A DNA stretch of 64,000 nucleotides, from positions 93,392,523 through 93,456,522 of the forward strand of contig NC_068987.1 of the NCBI RefSeq assembly GCF_001194135.2, read 5' to 3'. This DNA is from Octopus bimaculoides. Taxonomy: Eukaryota. A program made the position numbers and the translations under genes. This document shows positions 1 to 11,591 of this stretch, in pieces. The notes beneath the pieces were generated by a model that saw only the letters and a list, made by a program, of their open reading frames with translations, did not search any database and was not told the DNA's origin. Every line of letters starts with the position of its first letter. Positions within the stretch are counted from its first letter, which is position 1.

Positions 1-76
<76 letters not shown>

Positions 77-168
77 ATTATTATTATTATTATCATTATT
101 ATTATTATCATCATCATCATCATCATCATCGTCATCATCATCATCATCGTCATCATCATCATCATCAA

Positions 169-201
<33 letters not shown>

Positions 202-260
202 TATCGTCATCATTATCATCAAAATGCTCATTGTCGTTATCTTCATTATTATCATCATGA
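1..260. repeat. Compound (ATT)n/(ATC)n microsatellite
   Basis: Directly visible triplet arrays. Confidence 0.95.
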
Positions 261-326
261 ACCATGTCATTAATTCATGGAGAGAATTTCTAAAAAGTCC
301 AGCTACATCCTAGAAATAGCAGCAAA

Positions 327-421
<95 letters not shown>

Positions 422-437
422 GCTCTCTCTCTCTCTC
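327..437. repeat. (CT)n microsatellite
   Basis: Directly visible. Confidence 0.95.
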
Positions 438-1199
438 TTGAATTGCACAAGTCTGATCTGAATAATGAAAGAGGAAAGAAGATTATTATATAACTTTAAA
501 ATATTGGGTGGTTACGAATAAATTAGGCAAACCACGATTTCACACAATACTACGGGTCAAGAAGATGACCTTTATCGTTCATTGACACGATCATCATGAT
601 CATTACCATCATTATCGTCGTCGTCGTCGTCGTCGTCGTCACCATCATCATCATCATATTTTATTGTAATTTTGAGTAGTGGTATGTCATTTTTAATATA
701 TATAAGTGAAAAACAGTAATTATACATATATCTACGAATATATATATGCGCGCGCGCGCGTAGGGGTTTGTGTGAGTGGAGGCAATTATGTGGATAAACA
801 AATGAAATCTGTCAATTTGGGTTCGATATACAAAATATATTTATGTGTATACATGCAAACAGAAATGAAACAAAGAATGAAGATTTTCAGATGATTAATA
901 TTTAAGTATCAATACATAGATATTGATAGATTAATCGATCAAACTCAGAGTACAAATAACAGAGAAAGTTAAAGAGGAGCAAGTAAGGTGTTATATGTCC
1001 AACAGCCGCTTCTGGGAGCACGGAGTTCCATCATAATGCCAATAGATGTAGTTTACCAAAATATGCAGACCGTAATGGAAACAAATAAACATTAGATAAA
1101 TCGAAATTCTGTCATGAGGATAAAAAAATTCTTACATTTCAGATCATGACGTAGAGAAGATTTTCTATAACTACGAACTATTTTATCTCTCCGTTTTAT

Positions 1200-1319
1200 C
1201 CCTGCCCCCTCATCGGCCTTATTTCTTCATTCCTTTCTGTAGAAATGTGTAGGATCGAAGCTTCAACTTCTCTTCCATTTTTCCTGAGCGTCAAACTAAA
1301 ACTCCTTCTTTGCTTTTCC
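1200..1319 (+). mobile_element. Degenerate copy of short Penelope-like terminal repeat, family B
   Basis: Shares TTCCTGAGCGTC with 6955-7100 and TCAAACTAA plus a pyrimidine-rich tail with 30130-30270 (minus). The hammerhead part is decayed (GGATCGAAGCTTCA). Confidence 0.45.
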
Positions 1320-1759
1320 NNNNNNNNNNNNNNNNNNNNNNNNNNNNNNNNNNNNNNNNNNNNNNNNNNNNNNNNNNNNNNNNNNNNNNNNNNNNNNNNN
1401 NNNNNNNNNNNNNNNNNNNNNNNNNNNNNNNNNNNNNNNNNNNNNNNNNNNNNNNNNNNNNNNNNNNNNNNNNNNNNNNNNNNNNNNNNNNNNNNNNNNN
1501 NNNNNNNNNNNNNNNNNNNNNNNNNNNNNNNNNNNNNNNNNNNNNNNNNNNNNNNNNNNNNNNNNNNNNNNNNNNNNNNNNNNNNNNNNNNNNNNNNNNN
1601 NNNNNNNNNNNNNNNNNNNNNNNNNNNNNNNNNNNNNNNNNNNNNNNNNNNNNNNNNNNNNNNNNNNNNTATATATATATACATATACACATATATACAT
1701 ATATATGTATGTATATATGTATGTATGTATAGATATATATGTATGTGTTTGTATATGTG

Positions 1760-1790
<31 letters not shown>

Positions 1791-1890
1791 TTGTGTGTGT
1801 GGTGTATGTGAAAGAGAGAAGGAGAAAGATGCTAGATTTATATATATAGTCAAATCTCTCACTTTCGAAACAGAGCGGGGCATCAAATAC

Positions 1891-2081
1891 CTGCATTTGA
1901 GTTGTTCGTGCCATGTCCAATTCGTCTTTTGCAGCCCATCTTCTCTTTTTCCAGTTTCCAGTGAGAATATTGGCTTCGTATCTGCAAAACGAATTTGGAG
2001 AGAATATTATATGTTGTAACGTTGAACATTTCTCTAAACTTTTAAGACGTTGTATAAATTCGTAAATAAAGTAAAATAAAC
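1891..2081 (-). CDS. Candidate internal coding exon, unknown product (GLFYFIYEFIQRLKSLEKCSTLQHIIFSPNSFCRYEANILTGNWKKRRWAAKDELDMARTTQMQ)
   Basis: Acceptor TTTTCTACAG|G at 2081 (alternative TTTTGCAG|A at 1981) and donor CAG|GTATTT at 1891. It lies in the ~145-codon non-repetitive part of ORF 1291..2244. No homology recognised. Confidence 0.35.
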
Positions 2082-2681
2082 CTGTAGAAAATGTACATTG
2101 ATCATCATTAGAGTGGTAGGTCATATGTTCCCTGTATCCAAAACGGATAATGTACATCATATTAGCATTGAAACTATGAGATGTAGCATTATTCTTTGTA
2201 AAGTTGGCATATATGATATTCTTGAGGAATATTTCTGGCAACAATGTAGCTGAACGATTTAACTTCTAAATTCAAAGTATTAATTGCCTTCCAACAGAGC
2301 CAAATCTCTTAAATATTCCAGCACCAGATATGAAGTTTCCGTTTCACTCCACCAGTAGTTCTCTTTTTCTTTGCCTTCATTATCTCATCAATATATGCAC
2401 AACCATACTTGCGCACATTTCAGACATGCTTAATTAACCGCGTTTTTACTTTGCATTTAAAAGGAATACGCTTTGCATCTTCTAATAATTTGAATTAATT
2501 TAAATAAACTAGAAATTATGCACATTGATGTAAAATGCTCCTGTAACCTGGCCTGATGGCAAAATATCTGCTTAACAACAGTTCTAAAGCATTAATTGTA
2601 TTAGAACTGAAAAAAATATGACAGGGGTGTTAAACATTTATGATATTACGAAATGCCCAAATGCGTGCAGCCATTGATACA

Positions 2682-2729
<48 letters not shown>

Positions 2730-4295
2730 CACATACACGTGTTTGTGTGTGTAAACCGTAAAATGTCAGGAAGCACGAGAGGTGAATATATTTAAACAAT
2801 ATCATCCATAGGATTAAGACCTTTTAGCAGCCTTCATCGTATGATAATAATTTCAGGGAATAATAGATTATGTTTACATGTCTGCGCTAATATGCATACT
2901 ACCCATATTACAATACAATTGTATATGTATAAAATAAAATCACTGTAGATAAAGAAAACATTGGGGTAACATTGATGTTCTGGTAATCTGATGAGCTACC
3001 TTTCTTTATCTCCACTGATCCAGTAAGCATACAAATGTATTGCATAATGCACAACATCCATTACATGATGAACGATGCGACGCAGCCATGATCCAAAGGA
3101 CGAGAAGTGGTTAAATAAATATGTTCGGCTCATATACCTCCTGAGGATACCTAAGGTTAAATAAATTTTATTCAACTGTTATACCTCCTGGTTTATATAA
3201 TTCACTTGAAATAATACCATTGATCGGTTCTCTTGAACTTCAGCGGTATAATACTCTTGCATTATACTCCTCCGTACCACACTACGATAAGGTCTAGAAG
3301 CCGAGTCCGCTAGAGAGGGAAAGAGAGAGAAGCGGATAGAAATAGAGAGTAATTTTTAAATGATTTTGAAAAGCAAATTTCACCTGCTCGACGAATAATT
3401 AGTGAATTGAATATAATTACACGTATTTGTTTATTTAACATTTTTTCGTATTACGAAATTCCCTTTTGACGTTATAATATGAAATCGCTGAATAGCCCGC
3501 AGGTAACCACCTGACAATCGGTTGCTGCTTACCATCTCATATGCGTAGAGTCCTTAGGTAGCTTTTCGTTATCTTCTTTCTAGTATTGTTTATCACACAA
3601 CACCTGGATACAAGGCGTCACAGTGACAAGATAAAGAGCGGAAACATACACTAGAAATTATTTCAAGCAACATTTTGAAAATTTCTCCAATCAATGATGT
3701 TGTTTGAAACATCATTGACCGCGGAAGGATAATCGGCGAATTTGTCATCTCTAGCATTTGAAATTAGAACATAAGTCGGCCAAATACCTCTGTACATTTT
3801 ATACGCTGTTTAACGAACCTAACAATTTTCAATACCCGTTTTACGATCTTTAATGTTTTGTAAATCCAATTAGAGTGTCAGTTATGTACCGAGTTAATTT
3901 AATCACCTCCTGTCTCTGTTATGTAATGTTTGAGTAGAACCCAAAATTCCAGCAATTATCCCTAAAACCTATAAATTTAAGGGGATTGACTGATGGAACT
4001 ATGAAATAAAACCAATATTCACTCTTAATTCCTAAAGTGAAGCGTATTTTTCTGCAAAGCTACTGGAAAATCAAACAATGTTATGCACTTGGAACTTGTA
4101 TACTTACACGAACTCTAACGATTACAAGAAGAAACAATAACATAATAATGAAATGAGATACACAAAAAAAAAAGAAACTATAGGGAGATAATTGAAAGCT
4201 TTTACTTGGCAATGTGAGAGAAAAGAATGATTATATTGATTTCTAAACAATGATGTTTGATTGGATGCTGTATTCGTGTCTATAAATGTTTATAA

Positions 4296-4452
4296 GCGCA
4301 GGTGTGGCTGTATGGTAAGACGTCTGCTTCCCGACCATATGGTTCTCGGGTTCATCCCACTGTGTTTCGCTTGAGCAAGTGTCTTCTACTTTAGTCTCGG
4401 GTTGACCAAAAGACTTGTGAACTGATTTGGTAGACGGAAACTGAATGAAGCG
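4296..4452 (+). mobile_element. tRNA-derived SINE (GCGCAGG..TGGCTG..TGGTAAG family)
   Basis: A-box-like GTGGCTGTATGG, B-box-like GGGTTCATCCC, central TTGAGCAAGTGTCTTCTA, followed by a TG-rich tail. The same head occurs at 25375-25470 (minus). Confidence 0.75.
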
Positions 4453-4519
4453 CGTATTATATATATGTGTGTATGTGTGGTGGTGTACGTGTGTATGTGG
4501 TGGACGTGTGTGTGTGGTG

Positions 4520-4625
4520 GATATGTCTAGGCTTCAAATAAATAAGACCTGGATTCGATTCGTCGACTAAAATTCTTCAGGTCGGTGTCCCAGCATGGCC
4601 GCAGTCTTAATGACTGAAGTGAATA
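4520..4625 (+). mobile_element. SINE 3' fragment
   Basis: GATTCG(TC)GACTAAAA..CAGG..GGTG.CCCAGCATGGCCGCAGTC..AATGACTGAA; related sequence at 7290-7400. Confidence 0.55.
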
Positions 4626-5621
4626 TAAATTTGGCCGGTGCACAGCTTCACCAGATTCCTTCCATTTCCAAGCTTACCATTCAAAATTACCATTAGAACA
4701 TTTTTAAAATAATGATTTTCTAAAACCAATGTCAGAATATTGTTTATATTCTGGCAGGAATAATATAAAAAATTAATGCGAGGTAATTGCTCAATTTTTC
4801 AAGAATGATTTAAATTATCAGAAAAATTAATAACACATCACTGATTTATGTGTTGCGTGTAACAAAAGACTTTCTTTAACTACAAAAGGTTAACATCTTG
4901 GTGGTTTATTACTAGTTCTTGAGACATTTCCACACATCAAAACACGCTAATTTAATAAATCGATTTAGATTTAGTTATTTTTGGCTTTCACTAACATTTG
5001 TATTTAACGGTCAACATATTCCTGCAACATGATTTCTTGGCCTTCTGCCATGATGTCATGAAATATTAATTTCTAGTATACGTAAAATGCCTGTTGAGTT
5101 AAGTCGAATATATATAACGATGTACATGAATGGTTCAATATCTCGTCGACTGCGAAAAGACGAGGGGCAAAACTGACATTTCAGGATTTCATTTCATAAT
5201 AATATTTATTCTTGTCTTTTAGGAAAATAAGGAGGGGGTGGTATTTCTTTACACAAACTATCTATTGCCATTAGTTTTCCAATAATAAAACCATATTTCG
5301 TGCACCGATGGAAACGGTACCAATATCGTACCAGACATCTTAAAAAGAAAATGTCGGGTATTCAGAGAATAGTGATGATTAAAATATTTACAGACGACTG
5401 TTGTTGACGTTCTTGATATTAAGACCGAAGACATATCTGAAGAAAGCATATATTGAGAGTTGAAGTTGACAGATAGGAGCTACACGCACGTCACTACAAC
5501 ACTCCCCCCCCCGTACACACAAACACACGCACACACAAACACATCACATGCACATAATGCATGATAAGTATGGAGCAAAATGACTATCTGATCTGACGGA
5601 GGACTTATTCAATATACTCAC

Positions 5622-5719
5622 CTGAAGAAACACACTTTTAGGCCTTTGATGGATAGTAGTTACAGCGCAATGTCAGTTACATCATCTCATCAATGTACTA
5701 CGGGTCTGTGTGGAAACAA
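5622..5719 (-). other. Candidate 98-nt exon with strong splice signals but stops in all frames
   Basis: Acceptor CCTTATTCCACTTCACTACAG|T, donor CAG|GTGAGT. Confidence 0.3.
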
Positions 5720-5951
5720 CTGTAGTGAAGTGGAATAAGGAATCTCATTCCATCCATTTTCTCTTATTGACCTCTTTGTATAAACTCTATGACTGCTAAT
5801 AGAATTCCAGATGACAGGAGTAATCTCACTCTATGACGACATTTAGTAACCAATAACTTTGGACAAGCTTTCTATAGCATACGACAAGGATTTTACCCAA
5901 GTTTTATTCAACGATATGTGTATGTGTGTATATTTATATGTATATAAATAT

Positions 5952-6453
5952 ACATGCGTGCTTATAGTTGATACTATTGTGGTCACATGATCGAAGTTTG
6001 AGCCTGAGCACGCCATTTTTCTTTCTGGCTTTACAGTGTAAGCATGGCCGCTCCACTAGCAATGTGCACCAAAGAAGAACAACGAGTAGAAGAACAAAGC
6101 AGCCTCATCGGAGGCTTTTATCACAATATGGAGACAGTTCACTACCGCATAGGCGTGTGTAAGAGTGGCCCATAAAATTTAAAAGTGGCCAGATAAGCCT
6201 GACGCGCGAAGATGGAGCTGGATGCCCATCAAACTCCACCACTGACGAGGAGATTTAGCAGCCTCGAGAGATGGTAATGGTGAATCGGGTCACCATTACC
6301 ATTTCTATGATCACTGCTCTTTGGTTTTCTTTCATGCACGTTGCTAGCGGAACGGCCATGCTTACATTGTTAAGGCCAGAAAGAAAAAATGGCAGGATCA
6401 GGCTGAAACTTCGATCAAGTGACCACAATAGTACCAAGTATAAGCAAGCATGT
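5952..6453. mobile_element. ~500-bp element with ~140-bp imperfect inverted arms and an internal hammerhead remnant
   Basis: 5952-6089 aligns with the reverse complement of 6313-6453 (e.g. TACTATTGTGGTCAC.TGATCGAAGTTT.AGCCTGA, GTAAGCATGGCCG). Confidence 0.8.
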
Positions 6454-6527
6454 GAAAAAGGTCGTGTGACGATAATAAAGATATGTTATGACATACATAC
6501 ATGCATACATACCCCACCACATATATA

Positions 6528-6777
6528 TAGTTGAAAATTCATTAGAGATCTATACAAATCATATTTTTATATATAAAATATGAAAATGGAAATAGCACAG
6601 AAGTCTAAGATATTTCAACTTAAGAGGGAATTTAATGATTTTTTTTTTTAATTATCAAATAACTATCAAATTTCCTCTTAAACTGAAATGTATTAGACTT
6701 ACTTCTGTACTATTTCCACCTTAGTCTTTTATATGTAAAGAATCGATTTGTATAGCTCCCTAATTGTTTTACAACTA
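6528..6777. mobile_element. Fold-back MITE, Tc1/mariner-type ends in TA context
   Basis: 6528-6640 matches the reverse complement of 6661-6777 (TAGTTG...CAACTA ends; CTATACAAATC, TGGAAATAG.ACAGAAGT, TTAAGAGG.AATTT shared). Confidence 0.75.
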
Positions 6778-6954
6778 TATANNNNNNNNNNNNNNNNNNN
6801 NNNNNNNNNNNNNNNNNNNNNNNNNNNNNNNNNNNNNNNNNNNNNNNNNNNNNNNNNNNNNNNNNNNNNNNNNNNNNNNNNNNNNNNNNNNNNNNNNNNN
6901 NNNNNNNNNNNNNNNNNNNNNNNNNNNNNNNATATATATGTAGTAACCTCGTGG

Positions 6955-7100
6955 GCATTTTCCTCTTTCTCCGTTCTTCCATTCTCCGAACTTTCCATCT
7001 TTCCGACGAAGGGCTACGCCCGAAACGTCATACGCTCTCTCTTTCCTTTCCTGAGCGTCCAATAATACTATCCATATCACGTCCTCACTTTGTTGTTTTT
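6955..7100 (+). mobile_element. Penelope-like terminal repeat, family B, with hammerhead motif at 7003-7029
   Basis: CCGACGA-A-GGGC-TAC-GCCC-GAAACGTC followed by a TTCCTGAGCGTC tail. Confidence 0.65.
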
Positions 7101-7289
7101 TTTTGTTTTTTTGTTATTGTTTTTTTTAACTGTATATATATATATTTATATATATATGAATCTTTGCGTGTTTCGTTGCGTTTGTACTGGTCCCCCACCA
7201 CCACATCTATATCAATGTGGGGTTGCCTACGCTCCCCACTTCGTAACTTAGCGTTTCGAGAAAAGAGGGCGATAGAATAAAACAAGGGT

Positions 7290-7400
7290 TAAAAACAAAT
7301 AAAAAGTCCAAAACCTGTTGGGATTCATTTGCTCGACTAAAACCTGCAAGGAAGTGCACCACCACGGACGCTGTTCAATAAATGAAGTCAGTAAAGTTTG
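7290..7400 (+). mobile_element. SINE 3' fragment, diverged
   Basis: Similar to 4520-4625 (GGATTC..TT.GCTCGACTAAAA..CAAGG..GTGC.CC). Confidence 0.45.
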
Positions 7401-7466
7401 AACGATGAAAGACATCCAAAGCATATAAACGTAAGCCTATGTGTGTGTGTGTATGTGAGTGCGCGC

Positions 7467-7521
<55 letters not shown>

Positions 7522-8128
7522 TGTGCTTGTGTGTGTGATTGTATAACGTTAAGTAAATTTCATTTGCAAAAAGATAGATAACACAAGAAAAAAAAAATGG
7601 GAATTTTCAGAGAAGAAAACGAAATAAAACAAGAATAAACATTATTGTTATAATTTAGATTTTTTTTTTTAAATTTCAGGTTTAGAGTCCTCTCAACAAC
7701 AACCCACTTCATATGGTGAAGCATTGTTTCATTTTAAATGAAGTGCAACACTAAGAATCTTGTGCCATATGGTAGATGATAGTTTAAAGTTGCCTTTCAG
7801 ATCTCATTAAATTTTTTAAATGACATAGCTAGATTCTGTAATGAAAAGCAGGATTTGGCCGACGTATTTGGCGAATTGACAATTTTACTTGACTGGAATG
7901 GCGTCAAATCAATTTGAATGACACCATCAACTCGATGATTCTATGTTATATTTGGTTATTTGCCCTCTTTACACAAGACTGTACTTGATACCTGATGCGA
8001 AATTACGTCTAAATATTCTACACACATACACGTGTGTATACATGTGAACGTGCATACATGTGTGTGCATGTAAAATACACACACACACACGTACATATAT
8101 ATATGTATATACCTATATTTATATATGC

Positions 8129-8171
<43 letters not shown>

Positions 8172-9271
8172 NNNNNNNNNNNNNNNNNNNNNNNNNNNNN
8201 NNNNNNNNNNNNNNNNNNNNNNNNNNNNNNNNNNNNNNNNNNNNNNNNNNNNNNNNNNNNNNNNATAAATACAAAAAAGGGTTTTTTTTGTATGATTGTG
8301 TATAGAGGAATATATTATTTTGTTTAAAAAAGTTCCAACACTGTCTGTTTTTTATGTTTTATTTATATTCCTGCAGAACCAATGTGGGATGTAGAATATG
8401 GAATATACAATATATAATATAATATACAATATATAATATAAAATAAAATAAAAATGGATGGCACCATTAAATAAAGTATTGAATGTAGATGAAATATTGA
8501 GTGTTCCATATAAAGGATCAAACATATAAATATATAAAGGCGACTCGAGTTCCAGGGTTATTTCCCTTCGTCATGGCCGGTGTGATATGCGTGCACGCAC
8601 ACGCACACACACACACACATTGTTAATATAGTGTTATTTACACTGCGTGCGTGAGAAAACGCTTTTCTATTGCCGTCTCCTTATTGTTTTCTCTCATGTT
8701 TTCCCTTTCGCTCATTGCCTCGTACAGACTTCTTTCTCATTTCTTTTATCACATTTGAATGAAGATCAATTTTCCAAGGAAAGTGCTGTACGTGTGAGTC
8801 AGTAACAATATGTGTGTCTCTATGTTTATACATACGTGTGCTTGGGTGTATGTATGTGTACATGTGTTGTTTTTTTTGTTTTTGGTAATGTTAGCAGTGA
8901 TACAGGTATTGCACATATTATAACCGACTGTGTGCTCAAAATAGTAAATGCATCGATCATCGACGCACTGAGGTGGTTCGTGTGCTTGGTCGCTCTTATG
9001 TGATAGCAGTCCATTGCAGTTGATCCCGTCAACCCTCTTAGATTATCGGTAAACTGGGACGTAGATACGCAGAGGTTTATATCCACCAATCGTAACCTTT
9101 CACTAACGTGCACTCGATTCGTCAAGTTTATCGTCTCTATCTCGGCAAGGTGGAGCAGAGGTGGTGAACCATTGCATCACCTTCGTCATATATTACTGTT
9201 TGACGGGATCACCTGCTCTTCCGTTTTCTGTGGTACGGACGCGTTCGACTGTACCAACGTGTAGAGAAAAC

Positions 9272-9384
9272 TTATGTGAGTGACTTTAGAAGATACATGG
9301 AGAAGAGGTCGTAGTGATTATTTTGTAATTTGGAAAAAAATCTGAAGATACTTCGAAAGAATTCAGCGTCTTTGTGAACCATCT
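9272..9384 (-). CDS. Candidate terminal coding exon (MVHKDAEFFRSIFRFFSKLQNNHYDLFSMYLLKSLT*)
   Basis: Long polypyrimidine acceptor TTTTTATGTCCGTTATCTCCTTTATGAATTTCAG|AG, then 36 open codons and TAA. No homology recognised. Confidence 0.2.
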
Positions 9385-10033
9385 CTGAAATTCATAAAGG
9401 AGATAACGGACATAAAAATTATAGTAATAAAATATTATGCCAGCATCACAACAAATATTTATATTACAAAATCACAGAAACACTTGAGTATCTTAACTTT
9501 AGATCATGCCACCCCAAGAGCACACAAACTTTAATGTCCCGTGTGGTCTGGCCAGGAAAGTTTGTATTACTGTTGATGATTTAGACACCAGTAATAAATG
9601 AATGTCAAAATTCAAGAGATGTTTACCTCGAAAAATAAAGATGTACCCCTACCAACAGAACTGTGTCGTTAGTGGTGTTTATGCAGTGGTTGTGATCTTC
9701 GCTGTGTTGGCCCAGGTCAGCACTTTACTAGCAGTTCGATACTACCTTGATAAACAGTCGACTGATGCTGTACGCTTCAAAGAAACACTTCCGCATTTAG
9801 CAGTTAACAACTCTTAATCCGTTCCCCTTCTCAAGTCTTCTCTCGCTGTTTCACTTGCCATTGACGTTTCACTTCTTACCATCTTCCTCTCTGCTCATCT
9901 TGTTGCTGCTATTTCCACCATTGTTGGTGTTGATGTTGCAACCGTCATCGCCGTTGCCAACGTCGTCGTCGCTTTATTATTTTTCTTCTTCTTCTTTCTT
10001 CTACTTGTCAACTCCATTATTAAAACAATAAAA

Positions 10034-10109
10034 ACTACTACTACTACTACCACCACCAACAGCAACACCAACACCAACACCACCACCACTACTACTACTA
10101 CTACTACTG

Positions 10110-10158
<49 letters not shown>

Positions 10159-10295
10159 CACTACTACTACTACTACTACTACCCCACCACCACCACCAAC
10201 ACCACCACCACTACTACTACCCCACCACCACCACCACCACCACCACCATCATCGTTATCTTCATCATCGTCGTCATCATCATCATCATCATCAAC

Positions 10296-10342
<47 letters not shown>

Positions 10343-10388
10343 TGTCATCATTATCGTTGTTATCGTCCTCCTTGTCGTCATCGTCGTT

Positions 10389-10430
<42 letters not shown>

Positions 10431-10522
10431 GTCGTCGTCATCGTCTTCCTCATTCAAATCAGTAACATTATCATTGTCATTACTCTCACATCTTTATCAG
10501 TCTGCTGGTGCTGCTGCTGCTG

Positions 10523-10615
<93 letters not shown>
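10034..10615. repeat. Compound trinucleotide mosaic (ACT/ACC/ATC/GTC/GCT)
   Basis: Directly visible; source of the poly-V/D/S/T/L ORFs. Confidence 0.95.
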
Positions 10616-11284
10616 ATTTTCCCCTCCTCTTCGCTATATTTCACTATGTTATTATTTTCCCTGCCACACCATATTTCCCTCTCTATCAATATAGCACATC
10701 ACATTTTCTACTCGATTTTTCCTTATTTTCGCTATTTTCATTCTTGCCATCGCCTTCTATTTCAAGCTCCAACTAATCTAATCCAGCCTTCTGACATAAA
10801 AAAAAACAAAACAAAAACAAACATAAAAACATCCTTGTTTACTCCCAAGTCAGTCTATCAATAAAGGTTTCACATACTGAAAGACGTCTCTCAAACAAAC
10901 ATCATCTCTTTGATGATATATTTCAATGTGCAAAATATTTTTAATTTCATATGTTGCGCTGTTTTTTTTTTTTATTTTCCGTGTGTGTGTATGTTTGTGC
11001 GCGCGCGCATGTGTGTGTAGATGTGTGTGTGTGTGTGTGTATGTGTGCGTACTGTTTCTTATTGTGATTTTTTTCTCATTCGATCTCACTTTCTTTTATC
11101 CTTTGACCTGAAGCGTATCCGTTGTGAAATATATCTACATATTTATCACACCATCTTTTTGCTTACTTCCATATTAACATTATATGTGTGTGTGTGTATG
11201 TGTCTGTGTGTGTGTGTATGTTTATACATATACGCACACATGAATACATTCCCACACACACCTAGTTATATACACAAATATATA

Positions 11285-11591
11285 AATACCTGGCACTCCG
11301 TCGGTTACCACGCCGAGTGTTCCAGTTGATCAAACTATCATGCAAGCGGCTCAACACTCCACACACACGCGTAACCTTATCGTAATTCCCATGGAAATTC
11401 AGTGTGACACAGAATTAGACAAGGCTGGTCTTTTGGAAAAAAGGTACTATTCACTTTTATGAGTTGTGTGGACTGGAGCAACGAGGAATAAGTTGTCTTG
11501 CTCAAGAGACACAATGCACCGCTACGAATCGAGCTCACATTTCTACGATCGTGAGCTAAAAACCTCTAACCACTAAATCACGTTCCTTCAC
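11285..11591 (-). mobile_element. tRNA-derived SINE (TGTGTC.TTGAGCAAGAC..TTGCTCCAGTCCAC core family)
   Basis: Minus strand reads GTGAAGG..GTGATTTAGTGGTTAG (A box), GAGCTCGATTC (B box), then the core shared with copies at 30395, 33160 and 38210. Confidence 0.75.
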
